Source of the DNA: an uncultured Halomonas sp.
GTDB taxonomy: Bacteria; Pseudomonadota; Gammaproteobacteria; Xanthomonadales; Wenzhouxiangellaceae
Reading direction: 5' to 3'
Assembly: GCA_964548715.1 (NCBI GenBank)
Contig: CAZJSH010000005.1
Location: 6,329 to 70,328, forward strand
Length of the DNA stretch: 64,000 nt
Part shown: positions 62,252 to 64,000 of the stretch, in pieces
How positions within the stretch are numbered: position 1 is the first letter of the stretch
Layout of the letters: each line of letters starts with the position of its first letter
Made by a program: the position numbers and the translations under genes
The notes under the pieces: model-generated
The model's input: only the letters and a program-made list of their open reading frames with translations
Told to the model about the DNA's origin: nothing
Database searches by the model: none

Positions 62252-64000
62252 TCAGGCCGGCTCGGGCGCGTCCTTCAGCGGGTGACCATCCGGCAAGGCG
62301 GCACGGTCGGCCTCGCTCAGCGGCGTGACCGCCCGGCTCTCGTCGAACCAGATGTACTCGTCGAACTGACGGGTCAGCCCGGCACGGAAATAGTGGCTCA
62401 CGCGCTCGGTTTCGGGCCGGTAGACCACGCCGATCGCGCGCTGCAGCCGGGGTGTCCGCAGGCCGTCGTTGAGTAGTTCGGAGCCGGCGTGCCGGATCGG
62501 CAGCATCAGGCACTCGGCGCCCGCCTGGTGGAAGACGTGTTCATAGCTGTCGGGCAGTGCCGGCCGCACCTTCCTGACCTGCATCGGCTCGTCCCAGTTC
62601 GACGCCGCCGCGACGGTGCCGTGGTCGGTGCCGAACCCGATCAGGTAGGCCCCATCTCCCCAGGCCTGCCGCGCCAGCTGGCCGATGTTGACCTCGCCGC
62701 GCATGCCCATCTCGGTGGCCGAGGCATCGCCGATGTGCGAGTTATGAGCCCAGACCACCGCCTTCGAATCGGGTCCACGATGGTCCAGCACGCTTTGCAG
62801 GGTCTCGAACATGTGGCGGTCGCGCAGGTTCCACGACTCGCGCGAGCCGTAGTACATGACCCGGTAGTACCGCTCTGCGGCGCGCACGACCTGCGCGTTG
62901 CGCTCGCTGTCGAACAGGGCCTCGCCGTCGGCCCGACGATAGTCCAGCCGATGCGCCAGCAGTTCGGTCAACGTTTCGACGACCTCGTCCTCGCAGTCCT
63001 CGCGTTCGCCAGCGACGGCAGCCCGGCCGTAGACCGCCGGATCGCGCTCCCAGGGCGAAAAGCAGGCATAGCGCTCGCGGGCCCGCCGGGCGGCGGCGGG
63101 ATCGACGCGGTCGAGATACTCCAGCACAGCGTGGATCGAGTGGTTCAGGCTGTAGAGATCCAGGCCGTGGATGCTGGCGCACTGACCGGGTTCGGATCGG
63201 CCCCGGTTGTAGTCGGCCAGCCAGTCGATGAACGCCAGCGTCTCGCGATTGCGCCACATCCAGACCGGGAAGCGCGAGAACGCCGGGGCCGGGAGATCCG
63301 GGCCGGTCCAGCCGCGCACATGGCGGTCCAGCATCGCGCTGTCCGGCCAGTCCGCCTCCAGCGCGACGACGTTGAAGCCGCGCTGCTCGATCAGGGCACG
63401 GGTAATCCGGGCCCGCATGCGGTAGAACTCCGACGTGCCGTGCGTGGCCTCGCCGATCAATACCACGCGGGAATCGCCGGTCCGTTCCAGCAGCGCCGAC
63501 AGGTCGGCGGTCTCGACATCGTCGAACGGCTCGGCCGCCTCGTCGATCCGGTGGGCGAGGTGCCGGCGGCGGATCGAGAACCCGGCATGAGGCGGCGGCT
63601 CGGGCGTCGGCTCGCCACCGGCCCGCCAACCTCCGCTGCCGACCAGCGGCACGAACTGCACGCGCCCCAGCGAATCCTGCTCGAACTCGTGCTCGCCGAC
63701 GCGCCGCACGCGCAGCAGTTCCTGGCTGTGGGTGCGGTCGCCGACCGGAATGACGATCCGGCCGCCGATCGCCAGCTGACCGAGCAGCGTCGGCGGCACG
63801 TCCGGGCCGCCGGCCGAGACCAGGATGGCGTCGAACGGCGCGTGGACCGGCCAGCCCCGGGTGCCGTCGCCATGCATGACCTCGAGATTGTCGTAGCCGA
63901 GCTTGACGGCGCGCGAACGCGCCAGCTCCGCGAGCTCTTCGTGATATTCGATCGCGTAGACGTTCGCGACCACCCGGCTGAGCACCGCAGCTGCATAACC
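62252..64000 (-). CDS. fusion protein: protein-L-isoaspartate O-methyltransferase-like domain + erythromycin-esterase-family domain (5' end outside window)
   Basis: The frame stays open to the window edge (the track start is an internal GTG). The N-terminal part has VYAIE...DAILVSAGGPDVPPTLLGQLAIGGRIVIPVG (PCMT C-terminal half). The rest has RVVLIGEATHGTSEFY, NVVALEADWPD and VVWAHNSHIGD (erythromycin esterase/EreA-like family). Confidence 0.8.
   Translation of the reverse strand, partial: GYAAAVLSRVVANVYAIEYHEELAELARSRAVKLGYDNLEVMHGDGTRGWPVHAPFDAILVSAGGPDVPPTLLGQLAIGGRIVIPVGDRTHSQELLRVRRVGEHEFEQDSLGRVQFVPLVGSGGWRAGGEPTPEPPPHAGFSIRRRHLAHRIDEAAEPFDDVETADLSALLERTGDSRVVLIGEATHGTSEFYRMRARITRALIEQRGFNVVALEADWPDSAMLDRHVRGWTGPDLPAPAFSRFPVWMWRNRETLAFIDWLADYNRGRSEPGQCASIHGLDLYSLNHSIHAVLEYLDRVDPAAARRARERYACFSPWERDPAVYGRAAVAGEREDCEDEVVETLTELLAHRLDYRRADGEALFDSERNAQVVRAAERYYRVMYYGSRESWNLRDRHMFETLQSVLDHRGPDSKAVVWAHNSHIGDASATEMGMRGEVNIGQLARQAWGDGAYLIGFGTDHGTVAAASNWDEPMQVRKVRPALPDSYEHVFHQAGAECLMLPIRHAGSELLNDGLRTPRLQRAIGVVYRPETERVSHYFRAGLTRQFDEYIWFDESRAVTPLSEADRAALPDGHPLKDAPEPA

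Noticed and set aside
1-64000. Search by eye for tRNA, rRNA, integrase, transposase or prophage boundaries that would mark the exoprotein cluster as a genomic island.
   Set aside because: None found. Intergenic gaps are under 300 nt and none shows tRNA-like cloverleaf arms. Apart from short AT-rich promoter-like stretches, base composition looks uniform by eye. I cannot compute GC skew or k-mer deviation here.

Overview
GC-rich bacterial chromosomal segment (about two-thirds G+C by eye, not computed). Gene content looks gammaproteobacterial, which is inference only. I can support 45 protein-coding genes, two of them cut by the window edges. I saw no rRNA, tRNA, CRISPR array, transposase, integrase or phage genes. 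Because of the GC content, nearly every real gene is shadowed by long antisense or out-of-frame ORFs. I chose strands by recognisable family motifs, signal peptides, RBS and start context, and ATGA/GTGA coupling.

Content from left to right:
- an EAL fragment, a PhzF-like isomerase, and a DsbD/thioredoxin envelope redox cluster with a cytochrome b561 and a LuxR-type regulator
- a TPR protein and a 2TM/RCK K+ channel with small membrane proteins
- a 1776-aa PPC x6 / dual-VWA exoprotein behind a transglutaminase-like membrane protein
- a CNNM/CBS protein and a TetR-RND efflux unit
- a beta-helix/DUF11 exoprotein and a PAS-GAF-GGDEF-EAL sensor
- a Baeyer-Villiger monooxygenase and a run of small housekeeping or DUF genes (YhhN, DUF1543, CIA30, nei, DUF3047, DUF423, SGNH)
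- AddAB-type helicase-nuclease
- a lipoprotein gene bracketed by two copies of a ~221-bp TIR element
- a yeast-type cytosine deaminase, a DUF427 protein and an S33-type hydrolase
- a 12-kb neighbourhood rich in exported proteins: an ankyrin lipoprotein, two unassigned tandem paralogs, an M36 protease, and beta-helix and Calx-beta proteins, interleaved with a GGDEF cyclase and an ECF sigma factor
- a PCMT/erythromycin-esterase-like fusion gene running off the right edge

Most interesting observations:
1. Four unrelated secreted proteins share an identical extreme C-terminal F-[AS]-D-[GS]-F-E tail.
2. A translationally coupled pair of large Cys-rich secreted paralogs has no family I recognise.
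3. The giant VWA/PPC protein sits behind a transglutaminase-like protein whose catalytic triad appears substituted.
4. A MITE/REP-like element is present in two copies.

All functional calls rest on motif recognition by eye. No database search was run.
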